Of a stretch of 64,000 nt of DNA, positions 11,701 to 26,700 are shown piece by piece. The stretch comes from Harriotta raleighana. Lineage: Eukaryota. Positions within the stretch are counted from its first letter, which is position 1, and each line of letters starts with the position of its first letter. Where the stretch lies: NCBI GenBank assembly GCA_050575255.1, contig JBNZDD010013730.1:2559907-2623906 (forward strand), given 5' to 3'. The notes beneath the pieces are model-generated. The model was not told the DNA's origin. It did no database searches and saw only the letters and a list, made by a program, of their open reading frames with translations. The translations under genes and the position numbers were made by a program.

Positions 11701-14700
11701 AAATTTATTTCTATGCTATGAAGGAAGGGGCAGGCACTCAATTAAGTGGAAATGTACAATTCCCTGTGGTGACTCTACTTCAAGATGGCAGATCTAATTG
11801 AAGGGTCCAGCCATGCTCCTGTTTTTTTACAGGCTTAATGATATGGGTGAGAGTGTTTTAGAATAATTATATGCACAATTGCCATTGCAAGGCTCACCTA
11901 TATTTTCCTTCTTCATGAAAGGATAAAGATCACTATACAATTTTATTTGAGGTAGATTGTGAGGTTTTAAAGGCACTATAATTTTTAGTTCTGTGCTATT
12001 TTCGGGGGAAGTTTTTTTTCTCTCCTTGGAATTTGAGGCTGTTCTCCTGTGGTAAAGGAAATACATGTTCATATCATTTGCATTGTATTTTAAACTACAG
12101 GATGAATCCTTTCTTATGGAAAGACTTAAAAATATTGAATGGGCTCCCCGGTGATTTATTCAACAATTCAGAATAGAAATGTTACTCTGAAAAATTAATA
12201 GAATGGAACTTTTACTAATTGGTGCTTTATTTTACTTCTGTTTTATATAAAATAAGTGGTGGGTCATCATTCAATCGCCAGAAATACTGCTCTGGGACTA
12301 CTCAGAGTTGCAGGCAATTAAATATCTTTAAAAATATATCCTCTGTAGCTGTAGACAGAAATAGACAGACTCAAATGTACCCTTCAAATGCAACAGCTTG
12401 ATTGCATAAAGATACTTATTTTTCCAGGTTGCAGTCACAGTTGCTCATGGTGTCGTGGTTGATTTTGACCTGGGCAGTCTATAACAACAACAACATTACA
12501 TTTGTATAGCGTCTTTTACGTCGGGTCTATTCTCAGTTCTGATTCTGTTAGCATTCATGTATAATATTTGGAAGAATCCACCATATTAGTGCTTGCTGAG
12601 TTTGATAAAGGTACATGATCTAATAAGGTTAGTTCCTTTAAATTCCTCCGCAATATTGCCAGGCTCCGCCACTACATCATTCCCCATGCACCGAAACCCT
12701 CATTCACTTCCAGTCTTGACTACGGGAACTCTCTCCTCGTCAGCCTTCCCAACTCCTCCCTTCACAGGCTGCAGATCATTCAGAATTCGGCAGCTCGTGT
12801 ACTCTCCCGCACCAGGCTTTGTGACCACATCTCTCTGACCCTAGCCCGTCTCCACTGGCTCCCCATCCCCCAGAGGATCGAATTTAAGATTCTTGTCCTC
12901 ACTTTCAAGGCCATTCACGGCCTTGCCCCCGCCTGACCTGCTATCAGCCTCCCCCACCCTCTGTTCAGCAGACTCAGACCTGCTCCACGTTAACCACCCA
13001 ACCAGCGGTTCAGCCTCTCTACCCCCACACTTTGGAACTTCATCCTGCAGTCCCTCCGCCTTGCTTCCTCCCTTTCCTCCTTCAAGGCCGGTCTCAAGAT
13101 CTTTCTCTTCGACCGCACCTTCGGCTCCCCCAACTCTTCCCACTCTCCTTTCCCCTACCCCCGATCCCCCACCCTGCTCGGGTCCTGACCTGACTGTTCA
13201 GCGCTTTGGGATGTCCTTCCGACGTGAAAGGTGCTATACAAATATAATTTTATAGTTGCTGTTAAAAATATTCAGACAACTTGTAGTTAAGCGATAATTT
13301 AATATTTAAACAACCCCTCAAAATGTGGCCAAAAAGTCAAATGTAAAAAGACAACAATGAGACATGACTTTTGAATAGCTGTTTACTGAGTTTGAAATAG
13401 ACTTAGCATTTCAGAGACAAATACGTGCGACATTGTGAACAGGAGCATGGCTTCACAATAATCATATCATATATGTATAATGTTCAGCTTGAACTTTCAA
13501 GGCAAAAAGCTGCACTGGAGCCTGGTATGGTTTTTATTTTTTTAAAAGAATGGAAGTGAATGTAGCTCGCACCATGCAGGGTAGCATCTCAGAGCACTTA
13601 ATAGTGGTGGAGCCTGATTCTGAGTTCAGGGTGAGAGGGGGAGTGGCTGTAAGCACAGTTGAAGAGAAAGGTTTTCAGGCTGAATTTGAAAAAGGGGAGA
13701 GATTGAGAGAGAGTGTTCCAGAATTTTGGGTGTAGTGGCTGAAAGAGAGACATCGATGATGGGGCAGAAGAAGGTGCAAGGGACGAGCAGGAGGCCGGTG
13801 ACAGTCTAGTGGAGGCGCTGGTTGATGGATTGGGGAGTGAGGAGGTTGGAGAGGAAGGGAAGTGCCAGAGAGTGAAGGGTTTTGAACACGAGTGTGAGGA
13901 ATATTTAATAATAATAATCCTTGCATTTGATTTAGCGTTTTTCACATCTTCTAGACGTCTCAAAGCACTTCACAGAATATATTGTAGAGTAAATTGACTA
14001 TTTTGTGGGCGAAACACAGCAGCCAATTGTGCATAGCAGTGTCCCACAAACAATCGTGGATTGAATGACTAATTTATTATAGTTTTTTTTGGGACGGATT
14101 ATTATTAGGAATGTGGAGTAAGGAAACTTGCTCAAGGTTTCACCCTGACCTGCCTGGATTCGAAACACAGGTCTCACGCTTGTAAACCGAGTGCTCTAAC
14201 CGCTGACCTGCAGGACTCCAGACCATTACATGCACATTTCAACAAGTTTTCTGTTTTAAATGATTAGGGAAGCACTTTCATAATGCATCACGTAGATCAT
14301 AGAAAAAGTGTGTAATGTATTAGTTTATTGGAAGTCATTGTTTAAGGAAGTTGTATAATTGCTACACATTTCACAAAAGGATGGGTTTTTCTTTCTCTTT
14401 CAGCAAATAAAGTCTCCTTACATTCTGTGGCCCATGAACGTTTAGGAGAACTATTAAGAGTATTAAAAGCAGTGATTAGCAAACACCAGTCATTGAATTC
14501 TGTGGACATTCTAAGTGCAGCAGGGACAGTTATTTCTAAAATAAAAGGTAAGTGGAACAATAATTTTTCAACTAAATAGTAATATATCAACGGTAAAACA
14601 AATATTGGTAAAATAAGTGAAATGTCATAGTGGTCTAAATTTGAGTTTTTTTTAAAATCTGGTAGATTAATCATAAAGGAGAATTTGCACTGTTGCATAA

Positions 14701-17700
14701 TGTTTTATGGAATGAACTATACATAGATGTCTTTAAATGAATACATTTGAAAACTACCTCTTTTTGCTGGTATTAATTTGCTTCACTAAAAAAGTTAATA
14801 TTTTCTGGATTAGAATAGTTAGACAATTTCTGTTTTGGGAAAGTAATAGCGTGAATATTTTCTAGTTGATTTATGCTATCTGCTGCTTTAAATAAGCCTG
14901 TTAGTGTGTACAGAAAGGTGTTAGTATATGCGGAGCAGAGCAATTAGTTATCAAAGATATAATGAAGAGTAGTATTTGACTATTGCAAATAGAAAGTAAT
15001 ATGCTATCAAATCCGTCATGCCCTCGTGACTCCCTGCCTATCCAGTTTGCTTATGCCCCGTCTCCCCCACCTGCTGCCACCACTCAGCTGGCTCTGGCCT
15101 CCTGTTTGTCCTTCGTCAAATCATTCAATCAATAATTACATTTATGTAGTGCCTTTCACGTCGGGAGAACGCCCCAAAGCGCTGAACAGTCAAGTGGGGA
15201 TTAGAGTGGGGTTGGGGGAAGGAAAGTAGGAAAATTTAAATTTGTGGATGAAATACGGTAGCCAAATTGCGCACAGCAATGTCCCACAAACATTCACGGA
15301 AGTGGGGCTGGGTGAAAGGAGTCCTCTCCTCATTACCATCTGTACTGTGCTTTCAACCACTATGCCCCAAAACTCTTGAACTCTCTCCCTCTATGCCTCC
15401 TTCTTGGCCCCTTCCCCACTTTCTGATCCCACCTAAAGTCCTTCCGTTTTGATTGTTCTTGTGGCCTCTTCCCACTTCTTTACCTCCTGGCTCGGACTCA
15501 GACTCTGCCACTGTGAAGCGTTCCAGGGCGCTATCCCATGTGAAGGGCATTATATAAATGCAAGTTAGTGTTATTAATAAATGCAAATGCATTTAAATCC
15601 AGCAAGACCACCCAAAATCCTTAAACTACTGCTGATAATCTGATATTTATTATGCAAATCCATTTTTAAAAAATTGATCTTGCTGGCAGTTAAGCTTGCA
15701 GACATAATTACTTTTTTTGGGGGGCCAGCTGGATAACTGACACATGCAACAAACAATCTCAGTTTATTGGGAGTTTCACATCTGTATGCCATTTACATAT
15801 GTGGGGTGAGTGGAGAAAACTACAACAACAAAATTACACTTGTATAGCATCTTTCATGTCGGGAGGACGTCCAAAAGCGCTGAACTATACCATTAGACAG
15901 ACATTCTATGCTACTATGACTAGGATTTAGTTGCTAAAAAATCATTAAATTTATTGGATGGAAGAAAATAGGACAAGAACCTCAAAATACAGTTTATCCA
16001 CATGTCAAATTTCTGGATTCAAATATGACGAGATGTACTGCAACCCGGGACTTTGGTTGTAACAACTGCAGGAAGTTTGTTTCCTCAAAACAAAACTGGA
16101 GAGATCAAAGGGCTTAAGCAAAGCTCTTAGCAGAAGTCTTCCTGTAACAGGGGGAAAACAAAATCTGTGTTTAGATGTCATGTACACAATTTTGATTGGT
16201 GTTTGAAATTGCAAATGAGATGGGAAACTAAGATTTGGGCTTTGACAGGACATGGTTTTTGTTTGTATTTTTTGTCATCCAGTAATTCTACAGTAATCAT
16301 TTATTACAAATTCATGTTTATTTGAACAACATGGAGTGCTGTCTTGTATAGTGTGTGAGAAGAAGTCTGTTATGAAGACAATTATTTTAGTGGCCTGTGG
16401 AATGTTTCACATTTTTTTGAATATTAAACTTTGATACATTTGACTGGGGGTGGGAAGAGAAAGGTAAGAATTTGTGATTGTAATCATTTTCATTTAGTAA
16501 ATTTAAATAGCAATTTCTACTTAATCACTGAAAATATTAAATAGATTACATCGGGGTTCCTTTTTCAAACAAGTTTAGAAGGTGCTTGATTAAGTTTTGT
16601 TTACTTTGCGGTTCATCCATTATTATGTTCAGAGGCACAGGAAACTGAAGTCTTTACAAGATTGCAGTCATAATTTTGGTATAACAAGATCAGTAGATCC
16701 TTGTCACTTGTTTAGGTGAAGAAATTACTGTACTCTGTCAGCCATTGTGTCATCCATTGATTTTTTTTTATCAAAGCTGCCTTGGTAGCAGGGTGGATCA
16801 AATTTAATGGTTGTGAGTCTTCAGGACAACAAAAAACAAATGGGTAGAATTTGGTTTAGACATAACAAATTTGAGTAATATTAACTAAGCACTGCGCTTT
16901 ACAGAATCCAGAATATTTCTTTAGTGACCAAAGGGTTGAGAATACTGTGGCTTTTTTTTATCATTGTAAAATTGTAGCAAATCTGTTGTGTAAATGCAAT
17001 GAGATTTTTGTAAAGTTGAAATATACAGCTCTTTCTGTATTTTTAATGATATTACAAGTTGTTACTACCTTTTACTGTACATACATTGTAGAGCAAAAGC
17101 TACACGTATCTCACATCTATAACTGTTTGTACTAAACTGTAATTTTCCTTCAGGTGCAAACTACAGTGACGTGAATGATGACAAAAGAGAACATTTCAGT
17201 GATATATTTGCTTCAATCGACACATTAGCATTCACCTTTGGTAATGTGTAAGTAATAATTATTTTAGGCTTCTTTTTGATTTGTGTGTGGCGAAAATAAA
17301 GTGTTTGAGGCCTTTGATCTCTTTAGTTCAGTTTTGAGAAACCAGCTTCCAACCATATTGTTCAGCTACATTCGACATTTTAAAAACTTACTTACAAAGT
17401 GTTGGGATTTACCAATCCCAATTAGTTTCAAAGCCTTTCCTCTTGTCCAGATGGCTCTTACCTCATACCTCCCAGATCAAGGGTCAAACTGGTACCCTCC
17501 AGTTTATGTCGCCAACTTGTTCCGACCACATTCTACCAAAATTGTAATAAAGTTTAATTCCCAACAAAAGTCACTTTTTAAACAAAAGAATTATAATTCT
17601 TGAGTATTTCTTAACTTTCAACTATCTGAATAAAAAGGTCAAACTACAATAATAAAATTGGTCATTTCAATCCATGACTGTTTGTGGGACACTGCTGTAC

Positions 17701-20700
17701 GCAATTGGCTGCCGCATTTCGCCCACAAATATACAGTCAATTCACTTTACAGTATACTCTGTGAAGCGCTTTGGGACGTTGATAAGATGTGAAAAGCGCT
17801 ATATCAAATGCAAGGAAAAAAAAAATGAAAAAAAACGTCCTCCCAACGTGAAAGCAGCTCTATAAATGTAATTTTGTTGTTGTTAAAACATATGTTAAAT
17901 GAGTATATTTTGAGTGGGGCTGTAAAAAGACAGAAGTCTTATCTGTTCAGGTAGATGCTAAAGATCCCATGACAATTCAGAAAGTGAGCGGAGGTGTTCC
18001 ATTTCTGCTCAACAAACCTGGCGTATAAATTATCCATTCAATTCATGGCTGTTTTTGGAATGTTGCTAATTCTCCCAACAGAAAGAAAAATGATTAACCT
18101 TAAAATGTCAGTTATTGATTTATAAAACATCTGAATCAAATACATCTGACTTACAGTATTTCAAACTTCCTTATGGGAGATATGGACAACAGCTCATCCT
18201 TGGGAGTCCCACTGACTGGGAGAAGCCGGGTAGGTTCTCGGAAAATCATGTAAGAATGTGAAAGCTTGATGCATGAAATTGTTACCTTGCTAAAGTTTAG
18301 TGATCTATCAGTGCAAAAAATTGTTTTATTCCAGCCGTGAAATTTATATGTCATGAAGTTTTGATTTTGATTTTATTATTTGCAAGTCTTTTGAAAATCT
18401 GTCCTTGGGATCTGGAGGGTCACTTCAAGAGAAAGATGATCTACGAAGTACAGGTACAATTTATTGAGTACTAAATGCTGCCAAATGGCTTAACATTTTG
18501 GTTCCAAACTGATTAGGTTTGTCTTCATTGGCTCAACTTACACTTGCAAATAGAAATACCCTTTGGTTAGATGAACTTTTCCTCAATTCCTTTAGATGCT
18601 TTATGGGGTCTTTCATTTTCTGGTTTGATTTCAGTATTTATTCAGAAAAGACCTCCATTTGACTAATAAATTCAGAATGGTCCCCTGCTGACCCTAAACA
18701 ACCTACAACCCTAAACATGAAAGAGTAGTTGTGATTCTCTTTGTGGGAGAAATGTATACTTTACGATGGCTGGATCTCAACTGCCGTAATCCTTTTTTTA
18801 TACTAGTCCAGGTAAGTAATTGGTAAAAGATACCTTACCTTTGAAAGTAGTTCAACAAAGATGCATGCGAACATCATCTTGCAGATCAGAATCTGTCTTA
18901 AATTTCTTTGCTGTATTTATGTTTGTTCTTATTTTTCTGGTTCAATATTACCATGCCATTCCTGGATTTATAGCACCTATAATTTAATTTACAGGTTTCG
19001 GGCAATCTAGCCAAATATTAATAAGGGTTAATATAGGCAAAAGTACTCTATTTTGTATCTATAAATTGATTTCCTGTAGAGTATATTCACTGTGATGATA
19101 TTTATTAAATCAGTTGAAAATATTTGAGTAGACTTTGAAGTCAACAATTGTTACCTAAAATAATTGATAGCTGATATTGTGTGGTCAATTTGATTGCTAT
19201 CAAAATGTTCAATATTTTATTTTGGATACAATAAGGCAGTCGTGTATAATGTGATTGTATTTTTGTGGTGGGGAAATCCAGTCATTGAATCATTTTCCTT
19301 TCATCCCTCCCCCCACCATTGTTCTGATTTAGTGTCAACTTGTATTATGGTACATTTCCAAGGTCAAAGTGGCTTTTCAGAACAGACATTTTGGATGTCA
19401 GCTTGTTGATGGGAATCTCTGTCTGATTCTCATTTCCTTATGTTTGACTTCCCGTTTTCAGGGACTCTTCGAGCAGAAGATCTTGACAACATGCTGTTAA
19501 AAATTGACAGTGGAATAGAATCGGCTCTAATTTATACAAAAAACTGGTCCAAATATACCAAAGATGTTCTGGCCTGGTTAGAAAAAAGGCTTAGCCTGGG
19601 TAAGTCGTGCACTATGCTGTCTGATCCTATTTGTCAAAATAGATTTAAATTTGTTGCCTGGATTATGCGACAGCAATGTCTTTGTTGCTAATGTGATTTT
19701 AAAATTCAGTGACTTTTATGTAAATAATTGTTACCTAATTATTAAATGTGAACATTTCCATTTTAATGTTTTAGGTATTGGTAAAATGTCAGATAAAATG
19801 ATTGACCTTATCAGTGAATTTCAAAAGTTACATAGTGTCTCTGTGATAGTTCTTCTGCATTTTTCAACTGAAATTTAATCGATTATTTCATTTTTTTCAG
19901 ATGTAGAATATGCAAGAAGCTTTTCAAAACTGGCTGATTCTGCTAAATCATTTATCAGCCAACCGGTAAATACCAAAATAGTTTTAACGTCAATCCTTCA
20001 AAATCTGGTGCTTATCATGTTACACGTGATAATGTTTGTTGGAATGTTTAAATTATTTTACATCTTGTAGTTTAGTTTCTGGTAGATTTATTCTAATTCA
20101 TCATTGTAGAAAGTTTATAATTATAAAACCTGATTTTTGTCATTCTAAAAAGATCCTAACAAAAATAAGTCTACTTATTAGAAACAGAATTTTAAATTAG
20201 TTTTTTGCAATAGGAATGAGAAGTGATTTAGTTAATATATGTACCAGCGCGACTCATTTTTCATTGGAATTGCATGCAGCAGACAGATGAACATCTTGTT
20301 TAATAGAGTTCTCAATCGCTGCTATAAAAACTATTATTTGAAGTACTGTAAATAAAATTTTGCTATAAAAATGTGAATTATTTTTAACAGGAACATATGC
20401 CATTTCAATCAGTTTACATTTCTGCCTTTGAATATGATGTTGAATATAGTCATCTTATGCTGCAAACAGGAGCAGCACTCCAAACAAACAAATTTATTCA
20501 GGTGAGACAATTTATCAGAAATATGTATTTTATTTTTATTTTTATCCCAATACCTTGGGATGTCCTCCTGACATGAAAGGCACTATGCAAGTGTAATTAT
20601 GTTGTAGTTCTCCCATCAGCAGCAGGGCTTTCAGCCTCTCTGCCCCACACTTTGGAACTCTATCTCACAATCCCTACGCCTCGCTCCCTCCCTTGTCTCC

Positions 20701-23700
20701 CTCAAGGCCCGACTGAAGATCCTCTTTTTCAAAAGTGCCTTCAGCCACCTGCCCTACCACTCTGTACTTCCTCAATGCAACCCTGCAGTATAACAACCTT
20801 GCTCTATCTAGCATTTGAATTAATTTTTTTTTATGCAAATGTCTTAATTTATGGAGGATGGATTGTAAAAAAAAAATGAAATTCTGTTAATGTTTTTGCA
20901 GCCTCTTGTTTTGCGAAGAAATGAATTGGACAAACAACGTAAAGAAATCAAAGAACAGTGGCAACGTGAACAAAGAAAAATGGTACTATGCTCTGTAGTT
21001 ATAATAATCATTCCTATAATTATTGACCTTTTTAGCTTCACATTTACTATTTGCTGCATTATAATACTTACGTTTGATGTAAAGTCTTATTACATTGGTG
21101 TATCTCAAATTGCTTGATACAGTGAGTTGCAATGAAATGTCTATCTCGGCTAACTTGGTAGTTAATCTGCACCATCAATGGCTGGAAATTGATTTAAAGT
21201 GAATTTACAATTAATCTGTCTTTGAATTTGCATGATGGCAAAATATTGGCCAAAACATCAGAAAAACTCACTGCTCTTTGACAAATTGCTAATGGATCTT
21301 TAGGGTTGATCCAATAAACATCTAATACAACAGAGATAGGTCTCAAGTATTCCCTCAGTAATGCACTGTAAAATTAGTTCAGATTGAGCTCAGGTTCTGG
21401 TAAGATTGTGCCCACATCCTATTGACTCGATGAAGTTGAAACAAGCTGGCACTGCTTATTGAAAAAGATGAAATCTTAAAAATATTGTCATGTGATTTGC
21501 AGCAGGAAGCAGACTCAACCCTTAGAAAAGCAAAACTATTGCACATTCAGCGACGAGAAGAATATGAGAAGGCAAAATCTTCCACAATCCGAGCAGAAGA
21601 AGATTTGACCTTAAATGGTGGACAAGTTGGAAATTATAACCGGCAACGTGAGAAAAAGAGAAAACTGGAAGAAGAAGCTTTACAAAAAGTAATTATAACA
21701 AAACGTTTGAGAATTTTGAGTAGTCATACTTGCTGTTAAATTTAAAGAATGTTGTTATGATTTTATATTGAAAGTCTGAGACTGTAGATAAAATGTTGGT
21801 TTGTGTATGCATAAAAATCTTATGCTGGATATGCCTCTTCATGTGGTTAGCGCAGAAACAATGAATGCTATTATTTTAAGGAGTAAAATCTTTCTTGTTA
21901 AAATTCTATCATGTCTGAATGTTTCCTGAGCCTACTGTAAATTGAAGACTTGATGCTTAAGTACCTATTTTAAATTAATTCAGCATGTTAATATTTCGGA
22001 TGGCACAGTAATTACGCAGATTTATTTACTGTCAATCGATTATTAGGTCAGTAGGGACAACTTTGTGTAAAATTTGTAGAATTATAGATCTCCTTGTTTT
22101 GACATAAATTGTTTGTGTTGCAGGCTGAAGAAGCTGGGGAGCATTACAAAACATGCATATCTGATGCTAATGAAAAACGAAACGAGTTGGAGAATGTCAA
22201 AAGTTACATACTGACACAACTACGTGAACTAGTCTATCAGTGTGATCTCACCTTGAAATCAGTAAGGATATTACATAAGTCTTGCTATCAAATTTATAGC
22301 TTATAGATAAAGATTAAGAATTTGGGCTTTGTGAGTAGAACTTGATGTGTGTACAAAAAATATTTGAAATTGTGTTTGATAAGGCTGAAATGACATTTGA
22401 ATCTTAAAATGTCTGTCACCAAATTTTATTTTTCAGGTGACTGTCAACTTGTTCCAAATGCAACATGCTAAAGTGGTATCTCTTCCTGTTAACTATCAAT
22501 CTCTTTGTGAAAATACCAAGTTGTACGAACCAGGGCAACAGTATTCCGAATTTGTCAAGAGCCTACCAACAGAGGAAGTTCCCATGGAACAATACTTATT
22601 TGAGTCTTCTGTTCCATCGGCTGGAGGGTAAGTGTTGAGTGCTGATCCTTAATTATAGAGCAGGAACCTACTTAGAGTGAACCAAGGCATATATATGTTG
22701 GTCTTCGATGGTGAACTGGAACTGTTGAGAATTTGCAAATTATGAGTACATGAACTCAAGTTGGTTTAACAAGGCTGAGGAGAGGCAAGAGATGTCAAGC
22801 AAAAAAAATGCCAAAAATTGAAAACAAAAAGTTGGGGCTATTCCCATGCTGATCCTTGTAATCATTTATTATGGATAGTATTGACAGAAACCAATGATTA
22901 AATTGTAGCTGAAGCTAAATGGCTCAAACTATGGGAATTTCTCCCTTCTCTTTGTTGGATCATGACTATTTTAAATTTACTTTTTCTCCTTTTGTAGGTT
23001 TATTAAAAGAACAACAAGTAGTACCCATTCATCACAAGGAAATTTGTCCCAAACTTCAGCCACATCAGGAGACCTTAATTTTCAGCCGTCTGATGTTGAT
23101 GGTCCCTTTCATGTAAGGCCGGATAATATCATAGAGAAGCGGTCAAATAGCAGCAGTGATATACAAGGTAATTTCAAGAAACTGATGATTCTATTGCTAA
23201 CTATTATAAATTTTTCACCATTTGATCTATTCAGTACAAAGTGCAAAATAAAAACAAATTTAAATCATTTTAAAGCTGTGCACTTTTAATACAACGTTAA
23301 ACAAAAATGTTGCCATTCATATAAGTGATTATAATCTATCTTGCACAATTAAATTTAGATATTACTCGCTTGTAGATGTTTAGCCAAGAATCCAATTTTT
23401 TTGTTGTGTAAATTATCTACTAAAGTAGTTTTCCTTGAAGAACCATTGCATAATTTTATTGTGCCTGTGTGTATGGGTATAACCCGAGCCTTTCCTGGCA
23501 GGTTCTGTTTGGGAGTCCCAACCAGGACCATCTGTTTGCTCTTTGTTAACCCCATCTGTTAATAGGATTTCTCAATCTGTTAATTGGACCATCAACTATC
23601 TCTGATCTGATCTATGTAATCAGTTTAATCTCTTTTTTTTCTTTTTTGAAGTATTTTTCTTCATAGCCTGGATTCGCTTCCCTTTTTGTTAGCCACATGT

Positions 23701-26700
23701 TTTTCCCACGAAATACAGTTGATCAACTTTACAGTGTATATCCTGTGAAGCACTCTGAGTGAGACTTCTTGACGACATAATAGGACGCAATATCAAATGC
23801 AAGGCTTATTATTAAGCTCTATTAGAGTTCTGATAAACGATAAGTCATAATGTTAACCTAACCCACTGTTATCCTATTGTGTTGAATATTGATATCCCAA
23901 TGCTGCGAGTCACTGCACACATTTGGCATTTACATTTCAATAATGGGCGATAGTTGTTCAGATAATCTTGTATGAGATGACCTGCTCAAAAGATGACATG
24001 GTCAGTTGTATTATTAGTTGTGTGTCATGAAAACAATTTTCTGTGGCTTTTGCAGTACTTCGGGGTCAGGGCCCATTTAGAGCTTGGCCCTTGGGTATGC
24101 AGGGCAGTGGCATGTGCAGTGATTCAGAAAGTGCCGGTGGAAGTAGTGAATCACGCTCCATGGATTCTCCCTCTGCCAGCCCAGGTATAAATCCAAGACC
24201 TTTCATATTTATAAAATGGTTAAATAATCCTTCAAATGAACAACCTTAGTGGGCTAGGATTTGCTGAGTGGCATTCGCCATTCTAGTTGACTAATCATAT
24301 GGCATATTGCTGTTCCAGAAACAATAATTTAATATATACTGTTTCAAATTGTATGAAATCCTGGAAATGAGGTGTGCAGTATAACCAAAGATCAGCTTTA
24401 GGTTAAGTATAAGTAATGTGTGGGTTTTCTGACTGACAGGTGATTTTAAACGAAGGTTGCCCCGAACACCCTCAACAGGCACAATGTCTTCTGCAGATGA
24501 CTTGGACGAAAGAGAGCCACCATCCCCCTCAGACCCTGGTGCGTATAATATAGTTCACCACATTTACAATTTATTTTCTGGCTTATAGTGCAACAAAGCC
24601 AGCTTCCCTCTTCAACTGTGCTTTTCCCCACGCTCCTTTGCCCTCCCACAGGCTTGGATGCAAACATTAACATAGGAATTCTGAATATATTATCAATTTG
24701 CCATAAATTCCTGAGATCTATATCATTTAGGAACGTTGTATTTTGATTGTGGTTAATATTTTAGTGAAAAGGATGAAGAAAATCTTATTTACTTCATTGT
24801 ACTTGGGTCTCCCACTTGAAAGTACAATTTGCATAAAAATGTAATAATTTAAGAAAATAATAATGTTTATACTGTGTTCCATTTATTTCTACCATAGGCT
24901 TGAATGACAATATTGCAGAGATGCCAAATTCTCCAGGGCCTTTCCGTAATACAGTCATGTCCAAAGCAGCACAAACACACAAGCTGCGAAAGCTACGGGC
25001 ACCATCAAAGTGTAGAGAATGTGACAGCCTTGTTGTGTTCCATGGAGCTGAATGTGAAGAGGTGAGTTCTTTTATGATGTATGAACAGTTAAATCCTTAA
25101 CCAACATTTCAAAGTTCTATATTAGGTTGGATAAGGGATTCTTTACCTATAATTTGAGATTTTAATTTTATCACATTCATTTCCTCATTTCGTAAAGAGT
25201 AATTTGATTTCTTGCAATGAATTGCAAAATTGTGTAACACAATTATATTGTTATGTTTTACAAATCTTATCCTAATCTGGAGATTTACCTTAGTGAACAT
25301 TTTGCTATTGTGGAGGTTGCAGAAAAGTTTATTTTTCACCACGTCTAATGTTTCAACTAAAGCTAAATTACTTTTGGCGTTTCTCCTCCTCAGTCCCTCT
25401 GCCTTGTCTCTTAATTCCCTGTCTTCATTTAAGAGTTCCAAGGAGTTACACGACATGAAAGGCGTTTTAGAAATGTAATTTTGTTGTTGCCTCAGTATGC
25501 AAAATACTGTGAGCCAATCCGACAACTGAGCACTTCCTTATTTCAGCACGTGAACCTGCACACTAAAATAAATCTAATCTTTCAGTTTAATAATCCTCTC
25601 ATTTGATATAGCGCTTTTCACATCTTCTAGACGTCTCAAAAGTGTTTCACAGAATATACTGTAAAGTAATTGACTATTTGTAGGCGAAATGCAGCAGCCA
25701 ATTGCACACAGCAGTGTCCCACAAACAGTTGTTGTGTATTGAATTTTTATTGAGGGATTATTATCAGGCATATGGAGTAAGGAAACTTGCTAAAATGCGA
25801 ACACAGGTCTCAAGCTTGTAAGGCGAGTGGTCTAACCACTTAGCCACAGGGCTTCGGCTTGAATTCTATCTTCTTGGGTGATGGGGAGCCAATGGACCTG
25901 GGAGAGGGCGGGGTTGATAGGGTCACGGAGTCTGTTGCGGGAGAGGACATGAGCTGCAGAGGTTTGGGATTATCTGCATTTGGTGGAGGGAGGAGGACAC
26001 AAGCATTTATATCCAATTTTCAGTGTAGTGAAATAATGTTTAAATTAGGTAGCCTTTTTCTTTCCTCGTAATTTCATTATCCTTCACTTACCACTTGGAG
26101 TTAGCCTAGCCCAAATTTGATGAGATTTTGAGTAATGGTGTTATGCATTGCTCTGAAGGAAAACAGTTAGGTTCATAATAGTAAACCTGTCAAGCTTTGA
26201 AGTGAATTAATGTTGTGACCACTGATTCTAATTCACAGTGTACATTGGCTTGCCACAAAAAATGTCTCGAGACTCTGGCAATTCAATGTGGCCATAAGAA
26301 ACTCCTAGGTCGACTACATTTGTTTGGGGTAGATTTTACTCTAACTGCAAAAAATTCTTCTGATGGAATTCCTTTCATTATTAAGAAATGCACCTCCGAG
26401 ATTGAAAGCCGAGCCCTAAACATAAAGGTAAATTTATAACTAATTATAAGTTAAAATGTATTTTTTTAAATTGTTGCATAGTTTACACTGTTAAACTGAA
26501 ATGTGATCTTGCATTTGTTTAATTCAAAAATGGAATACATTTGTATTTCCTGTTTTTTAACCCAAATGAGAAGAGAACCATTTAATCTATTAAAACTATG
26601 CTATGTGTGTGTGACACAAGAGCAGATATTCTTTAACTTAAGATCATACATTTTGTAGAATAAAAGGTAAAGCATATTGGTTATACATTGAATGAAATCT

